A DNA stretch of 64,000 bases. Origin: Botryllus schlosseri. Lineage: Eukaryota. Positions 1 to 13,500 of this stretch are shown here, piece by piece (position 1 is the first letter of the stretch; every line of letters starts with the position of its first letter). The stretch covers positions 14,944,001 to 15,008,000 of the forward strand of contig CM119371.1 in the NCBI GenBank assembly GCA_051294905.1, in the 5' to 3' direction. The notes under the pieces are model-generated. The model did not search any database and had not been told where the DNA came from. It saw only the letters and a program-made list of their open reading frames with translations. The translations under genes and the position numbers were made by a program.

Positions 1-226
1 TCTTGCAAAGGCTTTTGCTTTCATTCAATTTTCCATCAAACTTCTTTAAATCCTCCTTTGTGGTGAGTTGCTTTGGAATTCTTCTAGGATCAATTCCGAT
101 ATTGTTTTATCATATACAATCTATGGCGGAATAAAAGTTTCGGATAAGTTCTAAAACGAACACAATTTTCCACACAAAAGTCAATTGCCACACGAAATGC
201 CAAATGCTACGGTCTCATTTTACAAG

Positions 227-1335
227 GTATGGCGAGGAAACGTAGTGGTACGTCCCATTATAGCTAAACACCAATGAATTGCGGGTTCGAGCGTGACACG
301 TCGACTCCATAATTCCTACCGAAGTGTTGACCGTTTATCTAGGCTCCTCCTCGCCATCTGATTCGCATAGCCATGTCTTAAAAAGCCTAGGAGTGGGCCG
401 TGCTGTAAGTGGGCAGATGGTTGCCGATGCACCCGGCACTTGGTGAATTCGGCCGCACAAACTCGGCACTTGGTGAATTCGGCCCTCGGGAAATTTTGAA
501 ATGAAGTGTATTTACAGCTATTAATATGAATTATCAAACTAATAATAGTATTATCAAGTGATTCGTCAATCTTGTAAGGAGGTCAGGGCATCCGTAGATC
601 GCGCAGTCACGGCGTGATTAGATCACGGATTGCGTAGCCACGGGAAATAACACAGCGCTCATATACCGACCACGCGCGGTCTGCTTGGAATCGATGGCGT
701 GAGTCACGGGCCTGTGTCGTGTAAGTTTTGAGAAGATGGATCTTGGCGTTGTATGTGAGATCAAAACTGTGGAACATCAAGCGGCGCTTCTTCGTTTATC
801 GATCACGACAAGCCAGTGTTCCTCATCAACAAATGTTTCGCATGATCACGTCAAAATAAATTATTTTTTGCCTTTGGAGAGACGATCCCACTCTGGGATT
901 AGGGTGTCTCGATAACACGGTTGAAGGATCCCAAGATTACGAGATCTACCACGAGCCACGACACGTTTAAATTTCCTTTTTGATACTGTTCATTCATACT
1001 AAATGCATTTCTAATGCGAAGGTCTTCTAGTGCCAATTCCTCCAAGGGCCGAGTTCACCAAGTGAAGAGCGTCGCGTTATTTCCCGCAATTACGCAATCT
1101 GTGATCTAATCACGCCGTGACTGTGTGATCTACGTATGCCCTGACCGCCGTACAACATTGACAACCACTCAAAGTGCCAAGTTCACCGGCAAACATTCCA
1201 GTAACCAATCATGGTGACCGGTACCGCTACGAGATCTACCACGGCCGAATTCACCAAGTGCCGAGTTTGTGCGGCCAAATTCACCAAGTGCCGAGTTCAC
1301 TGGTAATCGGGCAGATACGGAATAATAATAATAAG
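227..1335 (+). mobile_element. tRNA-derived SINE-like element, interrupted by the 419-1308 element
   Basis: A-box-like tggcgagg..tagtggt and B-box-like ggttcgagc near 230-292. After removing the insert, the sequence continues into an (AAT)n tail at 1321-1335. Confidence 0.45.
419..1308. mobile_element. Non-autonomous foldback DNA transposon (MITE, possibly MULE-type)
   Basis: Inverted ends built of ctcggcacttggtgaattcggcc repeats; inner inverted pair 566-660/1067-1162; 8-bp TSD gggcagat at 411-418 and 1309-1316. Confidence 0.8.
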
Positions 1336-1475
1336 AACCGGCCTGGTGTAAAATGACCAGTGTAGTCGAACCACCACCATGAACACCACAAACAAACAAA
1401 TAAACATCTAACAAGGAAAAGAAATTACCTTTGCAGCCTTTGACAAACACAGTTACCATTGAAACCAGCAATTAA

Positions 1476-2898
1476 CCCTTTGTGATCGGCCGGCCTACCG
1501 ACCAAAATTTTACTGCATCCATAAAAATACCGATAAAATGTGATCCATAGGGCTTAAATCGACGCCCAATATATTGCCGTAAACCTGAAGTAGCCGCCTA
1601 GCGGACTGAGACACTCGCACGGCTCAGACGCGAGAGGGAATGGCGTTATGCGAGGAAAGGTTGTCAATTTTTTGAAAATGGAAGATAATTTTGTTCTTCA
1701 ATTTATCCTGATGTCATTCATATGGCTTCTATTGGTATATGACCACCTGATTGTTCTCCGCATGAATCTCTACGTTCCAACGAGCCATTACACGCTACTA
1801 TAACGCTTCATAGCCCAGCGCTACGATATTGGAAAGACAGAGAGGATAAGCATGACTCACGCGGCCGCCGCTGATAAGTAATCATTACGTAATCGCGTAT
1901 TCTCGCTGAAGGCAACGCGCGTGTCCAGTTCTACGTAACATAATACATAATAGTACCTAAGTTATATATCTCCCTGCTATTCAAGTGTTATCAGCTTCAG
2001 TTGGTTATTGTGTGTAACTGCGATAAGGCAAAATCCAAGTGAACATATATTGGCTTATCCTTGTTCGACACTGCCCATATGCGCTTGAGAATTCATTTTA
2101 CACGATACCGTATTGCTTCATTTCACATCCCTTTGAACTGTCTTCTATAGCGCGAATGATTTACGTATGATCAACACTATTCATAGAAGTGAACAGTAAC
2201 TTTCTGTGCCATCTAAAACTGACATAGGCTGCCTCTATGTGATGTTGTTATTACAGGCTCGGCTACCGAAATAGCCTAACTCGCACGCTTATTTGTTCAG
2301 TGTTAGGGCTGGTGTCGGTTGTCTTATACAAAACTAGGCTCCACGATAGGGATATTGATGGATTTGCCAGGATAATGGCTAACTATATATATCATTTGCA
2401 ATTGCCTGAAGCAATTATACATCTGTCTGAAACCGCAACCAGCCAGGTGCTCTTACGTAGCCATGATTTTCACGTGGCAAGGTATTGCTTTCTTTCACGT
2501 CAATTTGAAACATCTTCTACGTGCTAATCTTCGATATAAGGGCTTTCATACAATGGTATAATATACAGCAAGTCATTGAAGATAACTGTAACTGGTTGTA
2601 TGACGGCTAGAATGGAAGTTACAATGGTTTACATTTCAGGCGTTCATTCAAGCGAACATCGTTACAAATTCAACTTTGCTGGAAACGTTTTTGCGTGTTC
2701 AATCTTCATTTCAAATAGGATATACATTGATATAATAGATTATACATGGTTCGATGTATGCGAATTCATAAGAGCTATCCTTATAAAACGATTGTAACAG
2801 TTTATGACCAATACAGGTCTAGCTATCTTGGATTAAATAACGACTCCTCTGTGTTAAACAGTGGCGGTCCAGTATACTGGACAGCCGGTCGCAAAGGG
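1476..2898. mobile_element. Non-autonomous piggyBac-like element
   Basis: ttaa|ccctttgtgatcggc ... gccggtcgcaaaggg|ttaa: CCC/GGG termini, ~17-bp imperfect TIR, TTAA TSD at 1472-1475 and 2899-2902. Confidence 0.8.
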
Positions 2899-3913
2899 TT
2901 AAGGTCTTATTCGAAAGCAGAATAACAACTGTTTTAGTGGACATATCAAATCAAATGTTGGAAAGTTCATGTAAAATAGCCCAAAATATTATCTTACTGT
3001 GACCATATTCCATCAATATGGTCTGGCTAGCCAAATTCTCTGGCCAACATAATCAAGCTGCGTTTGGTTTCAACGATTAATAATCTTGTCACTGGATTCG
3101 AGGTATAATTGCACTCAAATATCAAATTTTGCTCCATTAATCAACATCAAGTTGAAAATTTCCATTCTTGCACCAACTTTTATAAAATCATGAATCAGTG
3201 TTCTACAGGAATGTATCTATATGACTTATATACCTAGGAAATTCAAGCATAAATATTATGATATACCGTAGGTATAGGTACCGGTAATTCAGATGTTTGA
3301 AGCGAATTATAGTGGTCTAATTTCACTAAATTAGAGCGAAATGCCAGCAATATAATTGTAATCTAATTCGGAAAAACGGTTTAGCTCTAATTCTAACCTG
3401 GAAAAGCTGAAACTTTTCTATAGTTGTCTACACTTGTTTTGCAGAAAGTCAAACAGCTCTAGGCGTCATATACTACAGGCAATTCGAAATACCCCATAAG
3501 CTATATGCTACTGCATATATACCTTTAACCCGCTACCTCAGTCAGTCACAATTCCTATATATTTACGGCATTTACCATACAGAAAGAGCGAACTATGCCT
3601 GGCTGCGACCTGTTGCGCTTCAAATCTTTGTATGGCGCGATGACGTAAAATTTGAATCGCCGAAATATTCTAGAAGTCACGCATCGATAATCATATTCCT
3701 AAACGTACAACATATCACTTATTTAGTTATTCTCTGAATAAAACTATTAACCATACTCGTTGAACATGCGAGATTACCGAAAGAGCGAATATATATATAA
3801 TGAAGATCATATATATCAGAGGAAAACAAAACTATTCGACTTTAGAGCAACAACACGAATATACAACACCGGTGACATCCTCACGCAATAAAACGAAGGG
3901 AGAACATTGTTTT

Positions 3914-4345
3914 CTAATGGATAGAACGAAGCTACCGCATGAGATCGAACAAAACCGGATAGAATTCATCGTGATTGAATGTACCGACAAAGTCATCCTT
4001 TCTACGTATTTTAGTCGTACCCGCGAGATATAGAAAATTTGCATTATTAGGTTAACTACCGGATATAACGAAGCCTAATGGATAGAACGAAGCTACCGCA
4101 TGAGATCGAACAAAACCGGATAGAATTCATCGTGATTGAATGTACCGACAAAGTCATCCTTTCTACGTATTTTAGTCGTACCCGCGAGAGATAGAAAATT
4201 TGCATTATTAGGTTAACTACCGGATATAACGAAGCCTAATGCATGAGATGGAACAACACCGAGTATGAATTTATTCTGATTGAATATAACCACAAGACCA
4301 TCCTACTACGTATTTTAGACATTCCCTCGACACTTAGAAAATCAG
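3914..4345. repeat. 161-bp tandem repeat (2 near-identical units plus 1 diverged unit)
   Basis: ctaatg.. unit starts at 3914, 4075 and 4236; lies directly 3' of the BTB gene stop codon. Confidence 0.9.
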
Positions 4346-4348
4346 AAC

Positions 4349-5119
4349 CTAATCGAGATGATCCCGGATGATCCTTTTACGGTTTTGTGTTTGCTGGGAC
4401 GAACCTCCAACCAAGCTATCCGTAGCAATTCGCGTTTTAACCAAGTCCTCAGGAATACGACGCAGATCGATCTTCAAAAACAGCTCATGAAAATTAGTTC
4501 CCCTTTCCTCGGGTTTCCCATGTGCCCACGCCTGCAGACCGACCCATTTCAAGAACACGGGCGGGTGAGACTCCTCTTGCATCAAATCGTAACAATAATC
4601 CATCGTTTCGTAATCGAGCAACTTGATGCGGCCAGAATTCATAAGTGAATTAAGATTGGCGTTAAGAAAGATCATTATCTGCTCATCGAAAACACCCGTC
4701 CTATCGAGACGCGACAGGGCTACCACTTCCTCAAAATTCGTCAGCTCCAAGTCTTCGGCCAGAAATTCGACACATAGTTCAGATAGTTCCTGCAACTGCA
4801 GCATTTCCGCAGCATCAAGCAGGTCTCTTGCTATTGGCTTGGAGATCCCCACAGATCCAGAATATATGAAGTCGACGCATCGGGTCATAACTTCGGGAGT
4901 CATTGCAGAAGAGAGGTCTATAATTTCGGTTTTGGCTTCGTTAGTGTCGGCCGACAAAACCCCTCTAAAGTATTCCGTGGATGCGGCTAATACGCATTTA
5001 AGCGCCCTAACGCGGAGGTGTCCGCATCTAATTGTGACGTCGCAAAACTCCTCGTTTGCTTTCAATTTTGACAACAGATTGCCAGAGTGGGTTTTAGATT
5101 TTTTGTAAGTTATCTTCAT
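4349..5119 (-). CDS. BTB/POZ-BACK domain protein (kelch-like N-terminus, no kelch repeats seen), ~256 aa
   Basis: FCDVTIRCG..ALKCVLAASTEYFRGVLS..VDFIYSG..LLDAAEMLQLQELSELCVEFL is a BTB motif, followed by a BACK-like region (LQAWAHGKPEER..LFLKIDL). The ATG at 5119 aligns with the paralog start. Confidence 0.85.
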   Translation of the reverse strand: MKITYKKSKTHSGNLLSKLKANEEFCDVTIRCGHLRVRALKCVLAASTEYFRGVLSADTNEAKTEIIDLSSAMTPEVMTRCVDFIYSGSVGISKPIARDLLDAAEMLQLQELSELCVEFLAEDLELTNFEEVVALSRLDRTGVFDEQIMIFLNANLNSLMNSGRIKLLDYETMDYCYDLMQEESHPPVFLKWVGLQAWAHGKPEERGTNFHELFLKIDLRRIPEDLVKTRIATDSLVGGSSQQTQNRKRIIRDHLD

Positions 5120-6633
5120 CGCAAAGTGGACTGTAAATTCCACTATTATAATGCTGTAAGACTGAAATGGACGATATGGAATAACATATTTTTCAATCGA
5201 TTGTCTATCATATTCAGAAGGTGCCAAACTAGCACGAAATAGGTAACAGCTACATGAACAAGTAGAGAGCTTATGGCGAGTGCATGAGGTTTTTGGTCCA
5301 AGAGATGCAGATATGGTTACAGCCTCATCTCCATTATTTTTCTGCGCCTTTGAAGCTCATCTTGGTTTCTTGCCTTACTGTGAACGGAGTGTAGCGACAT
5401 ATCCAGAATGAAGTTGGCGCAAATCGCATATACTAGCGGATTTTGTGAGGGATTCAAGGATTACAGCAGGGATCGCCAATTCAAAACGGGTCGCGGGTCA
5501 CATCTCCCATTTCGTAGAGGCGGCGGGACGCAATAATTCATTATCGAGACAAAATAGGCGACGCAGTTTATTAACCACATTTTTATAGAGTTAGGTCAGT
5601 AGCCTACAACGCTGTAATCTCTAACGGGCGAGGGGCATATTTACCAATAAATATTTTTGTTATCAAATAAGTAGAGATACATGAGATATGGCATAATGAT
5701 GACTGTCATTTTATTTTGAAGTATGAGCTGCGAACGATACCCGATAGCTCTTTTCAAAGACTAGGGAATCGATTTAACACTCTGATGACAGTAAAAAATC
5801 GAATGAATCTCATCACTATCCGAATGCCCTGGTCACGGCGCAATTACCAGTTGGGTTGCAATCAATCGTCTGTGTAGCTATATCGCGGTATGTAGTGAAC
5901 ACTGGAAATCGGTCGAAATTAGGACGTTATTCAATAATAATGACAGTTCATATAAATAAGTTTTATGGTTGCAATTTCATCATTGGCCTTTCAGCACCCG
6001 TTAAAATTTGTCCGCGGAGCCCCAAGGGTTCCATGAACCTCAGGTTCAAAAACCCAGAGTTAGAATGAGTTACTGGCATAGCGTGTCGTATGTATTAGGA
6101 AAAATCCACAAAACGCGAAAACAAGGCCGGGATAGTTGCTACGACATTTACATTGCCAAAGATAAGTGGTAGTCAAAACGTAAGAAGCGATATCATAATA
6201 TTATACAATGCACTCCTGGAATTGTGAATGGTTCAAATCTCCAGCCGGGAATCAATCGTTTCAACCACGTGATTCAACTATATAGGTCAGGAACATCAAG
6301 GACGGCATTAATGCTATGCAATCCCGTTGCATGAGAACAAGGACAATGTGCGTTCTCTAAATCGGATAAGCAAACCGAAAATGGGAATTAAGGCTGTCGT
6401 TGTCCCGTAATCGGCGTCGCAATTTCCGCTCACTTCAAGCAGTCGACGAGCGGCTTCGACGCACGATTCGGATGGACCATTTATCAAACATCACTTGGCT
6501 CAAACTTATGATTTTCTTTTAAAGGAGCGACCGCGAAAGCTTTTTCAGCACGTTACATTAATCTCCCAAAACTAGTTATAAATTTGCATCGCGGTAAACG
6601 TCCTCCGTCTAAGACTCCAGGGCTATCCTATAT

Positions 6634-8595
6634 TAGGGTTGCCATATTTTTGCGAAGCAAATTCCGGACACTATTTAGCGCCCACTAGCGGATTTTATAA
6701 TGAGGTGTAACACATTGACCGTCAATATGACGTCACACTAGCAAAACATTGCCCATCGACTTTGACAGCTCTGCTATACAGTTAGGTCGGTGCGGCTATC
6801 TGTTTATGTGTTTTAATCAGGCCCGAAACAACATTTTTTTCTCCACCCCCCCCCCCCTTCCGCCCCAAAAGCACGGATCTTGCGCCCACCATATGGTTGT
6901 CGATGTAACTTGTTGGGCACTTACTATATGCATTTAGCTGTTAAATTTTAAGTATGAATTCTGTCAATAATGATTCTTCGATATATTAGGCTACTATAGA
7001 ATGCACCAGCTGGTTGCACATCCGGTGATTCCCTACCTTTTATGCTCGCGACCTCATTTCCCACTTGAAAAAATGTTCCGTGGCAAAGCTCAAAACTTGA
7101 TAAGCTGATTATTAAAAAAAAATCAGCTTGCCCTAACTCACTCACGGCCTAGTAAGCTGATTACGTCCAACATCATCGCGATCTCCAGATCGTGGCGGAC
7201 GACCCCAAGATTGGGAACCACTGTCTGTGATTGAAGCATCCAATCGGCCTTAACCAACTCTAGGAATATACCGTTAGCTTATAATTGCGATTACAATCGG
7301 ACTTATTTGAGTAAATAATGGTTATTTATATTTATTTTGATTGCATTTTTGGCGAGGGTGGTGCCTGGAGCCAATACTAATATCATTCTACGTTGCATTA
7401 ATTGAATTGAAAGCATAAATCGACTTGAAAATAATATTGTTCATGTTGATTTACGAAAAACTTTTTCGCCTGCTTCAAGCCTTCAAAATCCCGGACATTT
7501 AGGCATATTTTAGAAATTCCTCCCGGACGCAGATTTTTCAGTCAAATTCCGGACATGTCCGGGAAATTCCGGACGTATGGCAACTAGGGATGGTGTGAAC
7601 CTCTGAAAGGTTCAGGTTCGTGTGAACGCGAACCTTTTTGAAAGGTTCTGTGTGAACACGAACGTGAACCTCATGACGTCACGTGACGTCATATTGCTAA
7701 TTCCGACCCTATCATTCAATGAAGTGATAGCCTATATTAATGTACGATACCTAGCGACGACTCGGCCCACATAATATCACAATGCTGAAGCACATATTGG
7801 CGTTTTAAACGTCGCTAAATGTATCAACTGAGGCAATCAAACGATATAATACTCCCATAAAATCAAAATCATCCGTCGCTTTGCCAACAATTTCGACGAG
7901 GACTTACCAGGGAATATAAGCTTACGCCTTAATGGTCTTGGCCAGACCGGACCATGTATTCGGCGTCTGAGTATTGCAACATTGATATTGAGGAGAGTGG
8001 AAAACAGGTTTCTATAGTTGCTACCGATATAAGGCTACCCCACACGTTATAAAGCTGTAGCCGACACCTCAATCGCACGGATTTGGTTTTGAAGATACAG
8101 TAAATATATGAAGTCAAGATTGACCCCGTACGCCTGCTAGATATGATACATCAAAACACGATATCAATCTCATTGATTGGTTGAATAAGCATCATTCGCT
8201 GACTACCTGTAGTTTCTTTCGCTCGTGATGCTGTGTGACTGCGGGTCAAGCTCACAGCAGCGAGTCAGTAAATATTCACAAACGGAAAGCAGGATATTTC
8301 GAACAAACTTTTGTAACAAAAAACGAAAATTTTTTGAGATTGTCAAGGTGCATGCTCGTTTAGTGTTGATTTTTCATGCTGTGTCAGCGCCATGCATAAA
8401 ATGGTCCGCAGTTGAGCTGCAATAAATTCGAAACAAAGATGTCATAATGAAGTGAAAATTGTAATATATGAAAAAGGTTCACAGTGCAGAACCTACCAAG
8501 GTTCTGTTGTGAACGCGAACCTCTAAATTTTCGAGGTTCACACACAGAACGCGAACGTGAACCTCACGTTCACACCATCCCTAATGGCAACCCTA
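6634..8595. mobile_element. hAT MITE family A, copy 1 (tagggttgccat..atggcaacccta)
   Basis: 8-bp TSD tcctatat at 6626-6633 and 8596-8603; ccggac subterminal motifs; homologous to 32222-33582. Confidence 0.9.
7585..8583. mobile_element. hAT MITE family B, copy 1 (tagggatggtgtgaac..gttcacaccatcccta)
   Basis: 8-bp TSD atggcaac at 7577-7584 and 8584-8591; inserted into the right TIR of family A copy 1. Confidence 0.92.
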
Positions 8596-8759
8596 TCCTA
8601 TATAAGCTATAACTATGTAGGTCTATAACGCTTAACAACGGTTGATATCAGCTGTCACCTAATCTAAAATTTGGCATAATAAATACTTCGTAAAAAGAAT
8701 CTCTTATGCTAATATACCGTGATTGTAAGCCACAACTTTCAATCTATGAGTATACTGCC

Positions 8760-10834
8760 CAGGGCTGTGGAGTCGGAGTCGGAGTCGGAGTCGGGGTAAT
8801 TTTCGCTTGATGGAGTCGGAGTCGGAGTCGGAGTCGGTGGGAAAATACTGACTGGAGTCGAAGTCAGAGTTTGTGAGAATGACTATGACTTCGACTCCGA
8901 CTCCGACTCCAACTTCTCTATCATGAAAACATTTGCTTTCAAAGAATTTTCAATAGAATTTTTATGTACCACCAATCACTGTTATTATTTAACATACATA
9001 TCAGGTGCGGCCAGCCCGTGGCACGCAGGCCAAATTTGGCACACGAGAAGGTTAGGTGTGGCCTGCGAGGTAATTCTCGAAATTATTTATGACATCAGGT
9101 ACAATTGCAAGGCCAACCAAAATTTGATTAGCATGACCGCGAATTTTGATGATGACTAAAACAACAGTTCTGACGCATTGACCATAGCCTTTATAAGACT
9201 ATGGCTTTATAAAGGCTATGCATTGACGTATCCAGGGGTAAGCCACATTTATCCCAGATCTTCGTATATGACCATGAAGTAGAATATTTCATAGCAGATT
9301 TATTTGACTTGAAATTTTTCTCGGTACTTCGCATGATTCGTTGTCACTAGATTTCTTGCATTGAGTATTTGAGTCCCCTTCTGAAAATTATAAATACATA
9401 TTATTCACAGAATTGAGTCTAACTATATTCGCAATTAAGAGATGCGGCTTCGCTTGTGCACTCGCAGCGAGAGGGTCGACAAAACATTTGCACAAAATGA
9501 TAGAGGCATGTTCACTGATACCGTCGATTTTGCTATGTCTAAACGTTAATAATCCTGTCCTTGCCAAATGAGCCCAGTGGTATACAGATGCGACCCCCAA
9601 TGTATGTCAGCGACATATTTATTGATATAGCTATAGCCTAATTCAGTCGTTATCTTGCAAAAAAATTCGCGCTTCGCGCGACCAGGGCATGATTGCGCAC
9701 TGCACAGTTGCATGACATATTGTTATCAATTTTAAAGCGTATTAATATAAGTCTTGTTTGCAATGTTACCTAATTCGGTTCGCTCCTATCGACGACTAAA
9801 AAAAGGTTATCAACATTCCAGTTGCCCGCGCCATGGTTCGTAAATCTCAGGTGTCCCTTTCGCCGAAAAAGTTGCCCACCCCTGATATAGATAAAATTAG
9901 ACATTACTTGCGAATTACAACTCAGTTGCAGAGGGGAAGAAAATCACAAGATGCGTTTTCGAGATGCAGTCAAAATTATTGCAATTTTTGGAATTATACC
10001 ATGATACTGTGACAGAGAAAATGCATGGGCTGGTTTTGTAAAATTGTAAAAATGATGTAAATATGACCAAACGATGCTTCCCACTTAAAAAAATTAAAAA
10101 TATTTGTAGTTTAGCTTAGTTGTTTGGGTCGAACAAATGATTAAGAAAGACTGCAAGTCCCAATCCTTGAATACTTGATTAAGTACATGTAGACTAGACA
10201 TAGGCTATGGTCTTTGACTACTTAACTAAATTCCATTTATGACCAATGTCAATTATTGGTGGTAAGAGCGTTTGTGCTTGTAATCAGGATAGTGTGCAAT
10301 GACAAAATTAGTAAGTTCTTTATTAGTTGCTGAGTCATAAACAAGAGCTACACTTGGATTTTTTATCTACATTTTTATTATACAGGATTGGATATCTGCC
10401 ATATTTGAATGATTCATACATTTCAGGATATTAGAGAGTCCATGTTATAAAAACTTGAATAAGGGAGGATATTAAGCAACTCTTCATTTCATGTTAATTG
10501 CATAGTGGATAATTCGAGCTGTGCCACAATGAAACAATTTAGCATACCACAGTTTATAATATGTTCGCATATGTTAAATGGTTGTATGATAGTCATTCAA
10601 CCGACAATGTCGCATATAATTTTCGAAGTAAATTGGTAATAATGCTGGAGTCGGAGTCGGGAGTCGGAGTCGGAGTCGGTACGTTTAAAGACCCAGGAGT
10701 CGGAGTCGGAGTCGGAGTCGGTACATTTAAAGACTCAGGAGTCGGAGTCGGAGTCGGAGTCGGTATATTGAAAATGTGTGGAGTCGGAGTCGGAGCCGGA
10801 GTCGGTGGTAAAATTTACCGACTCCACAGCCCTG
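8760..10834. mobile_element. hAT MITE with (GGAGTC)n subterminal arrays
   Basis: TIR cagggctgtggagtcgg/ccgactccacagccctg; TSD atactgcc at 8752-8759 and 10835-10842. Confidence 0.9.
9002..9884. mobile_element. Degenerate hAT (Charlie-like) MITE nested in 8760-10834
   Basis: caggtg..cacccctg ends; flanks atacatat/atatagat (6/8 match); reverse homology to 15135-15832 and 16200-16789. Confidence 0.55.
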
Positions 10835-11290
10835 ATACTGCCAGCAACTAATTAAACGCATTTCCTGTCACACAGACAACAGATTACACAGTTTTCCTAT
10901 CTCTTCTCGCGGGAAAGTAGATACCGCCCCACATATTTGTGTTCAGGTATGGTTTAGGAATTCATGAACTACAAATTACATAGGAAACTGTTTCCTGCTG
11001 CGATCATACTACCCACTGACGCTACAGAGTAGGACACCTATCTATGCATTTCCTCCGCCATTTCTACGTAAGGGCAAGAGATGAATAGCAAATGAACATA
11101 AAAAATTTCTCCTCTCAGGAATAAAAACAGTCATGCATCGGTGCATCTCTCATTTCATCACAGCCTTCGTAGTTACTGAATCCATTACCTTACAGCCCGC
11201 TGCACACTGACCTCGCGACGCAACATCGCGAGTTGCCCCTTGCCCGTTGCGAGTCGTAACTCGTAAGCCGCGACGCAATGCACAGTTGCA

Positions 11291-11882
11291 CTATAGAAAT
11301 TAAACATGGAACGGCAACGACCGATTTTGCAGCTTCGTTCCGCTTCGCAGAGGCTGGAGAGAAGAATTGTTTTGCGTAAGCGACTGTAGGATTTCTGGCA
11401 ATCCAAAAGCTATCTTCCCGAGCGCAGAAATTATTGAATCTGGTCTTGATCGAAAGCTACTGTCGCACTGATTCCGAAAATATAAATTTAAATAATGATC
11501 AGGCACTGATCCACCTAGAATCTGTCCTCCAAGTCTGAAATATCGGCATTGTTCAGAACGATCGGGTAACCGCAACACAATGACCATAACAATGACCCGT
11601 TGCGACTCTCCGATTGTTCGAACAATGCCGATATTTCGACTTAGAGGACGGATTCTAGGTGGATCAGTGACTGATCATTATTTTACTTTATATTTTCGGA
11701 ATCAGTGCGACAGTAGCTTTCGATCAAGACCAGATTCAATAATTTATGTGCTCGGGAAGATAGGTTTTGGATTGCCAGAAATCCTACAGTCGCTTACGCA
11801 AAACCACTCTCCACTCCAGCCTCGGCGAAGCGGAACGAAGCTGCAAAATCGGTCGTTGCCGTTCCATGTTTAATTTCTATAG
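11291..11882. mobile_element. ~590-bp hairpin MITE
   Basis: Arms ctatagaaattaaacatgg../..ccatgtttaatttctatag are inverted over ~270 bp (mirrored ORFs in the track); 5-bp direct flank ttgca at 11286-11290 and 11883-11887. Confidence 0.85.
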
Positions 11883-12088
11883 TTGCATACTGATCCCGGA
11901 AGCGCCCACAAGCGGCGACTACAGCTCTTGCGCGTTCTATCCGAAGGCTCGAAATGGATACACCAGGGGTGGGCAAACTTTTGAGCTCGCGGGCCGCACT
12001 ATATATAAAATTGGGATTATAAACCAAAACCCAATATTAGTTTTTGATTATATAGTGACGACATGGAGATAACATATATGCTTATTTA

Positions 12089-12457
12089 TAGGCTTACCAT
12101 ATTTTGGAAATCAAAAAAGAGGACACTTTTTCAGAAATTTGGAACTTGTAAAACCGGAGTGAAATTCTCAAAAATCGGTTAATTTTACCCACTTTGTGAT
12201 CGGTTGACTAAAAAAAAAAAAAAAAGGTCATCATTTCCGCTCAGATCTCAAAATAACGTTATTTACTCCACATCGCTAGGTGGTTGACTAAAAAAAAAAG
12301 GTCATCTTTTCGCTCAGAGCTAAAATCACCGTTTTTCACCCGTCGGAGCTTCATTTCTGTGCATATCACTCGCAATTTGCTCTAAATCTGCTCTAAATCC
12401 TAAAAAAGAGGACAAAAGAGGACAAATCCTCTTAAAAGAGGACGTATGGTAAGCCTA
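12089..12457. mobile_element. hAT MITE (taggcttaccata..tatggtaagccta)
   Basis: TSD cttattta at 12081-12088 and 12458-12465; gaggac motifs. Confidence 0.9.
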
Positions 12458-13380
12458 CTTATTTAGAGCAATCCAAACATTGCTATGATGATATCGTACA
12501 CGCGTCAGAAACAGTGGCGAAATTTCATAGGCTGGTCGACCTCAATAACCAATTCGTCATAATATAGAGATGAGAGTCGGTAGTCCCGATTCTTAAAACA
12601 GGATTGAAATTTAAATCTATGAGCAGCGATCTGTCCATAGATATATAAACTCAACTTTTGGTTCAATTCCAGGACACACAATGCTGACAGCATCATAACC
12701 ATGTTAGCTACAAACACGCTTCTACTATGTGTAGCTTAAATATAAATGCCCTAATTCTACGCATAATTAAAACTGGAGTTGCCAATCTGAAATCACACTT
12801 GTGATCCGAATTATGTCAATATCCTTTAGGATTTCTGTCAGGGTTGTAACGACTCGAGTCATGGCGCGACTCGAGTCCGACTCGAGTCACGATTTTCATA
12901 TGAATCGACTTGACTCGAGTCATTTTCTCAAAATACGGAAATGACTCGACTCGACTAGTGTCAATCAGTGTTTTGACTCGACTTTGACTCGAGTCATTGC
13001 GCATGACTCGAACCAAGTCATATGACTCGAAATTCAGACGGCCAAGACCGACATTTCACTGTAATTTCGAAGAATAGTGCAGTAACCATACTTTTGGGTT
13101 TTGTCTATTGGTTCTGATCATGAGAATGAGATCGGAAACTGGTAAAAGTGAGTGGAAACTACCCAGCAAACACTCGATGTCCAGTTGACTTCCGGTGGAA
13201 TAGTTGGCAGGACATCCGGTTACTTCCGGCCGTTACCTCCCTGGAGTGGGTTTGTCGACAACTAGAGACGTCCTGTCCACTCGCTGAGTACGTCCGCAAT
13301 GACATGCTGTGGACATGGAGAGTCTCGTCATGGACGCGTCTGCCTAGCCTGGACGTCACGTGGTTCCCTATGGATGCGCC

Positions 13381-13500
13381 TGACGTACTGTGGACATGAC
13401 GCCACTTCCTATGGACACGCTTGACGTACTGTGGACATGACGTCACTCCCTATGGACACGCCTGACGTACTGTGGACATGACGCCACTCCCTGTGGAAGT
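13381..13500. repeat. 41-bp subterminal tandem repeat x3
   Basis: tgacgtactgtggacatgac at 13381, 13422 and 13463. Confidence 0.85.

Noticed and set aside
4060..4215. Repeat-unit peptide NANFLSL..FDLMR resembling the BACK segment NANLNSL..YDLMQ
   Set aside because: Similarity is weak with different spacing and is probably chance.
4358..5108. Plus-strand ORFs overlapping the BTB gene
   Set aside because: They are antisense shadows of the BTB coding sequence.
5120..5227. 36-aa N-terminal extension of the BTB ORF
   Set aside because: It starts at a non-ATG codon and has no counterpart in the paralog.
10561..10851. GV-repeat protein ORF
   Set aside because: It is the translation of the (GGAGTC)n subterminal array of a hAT MITE.
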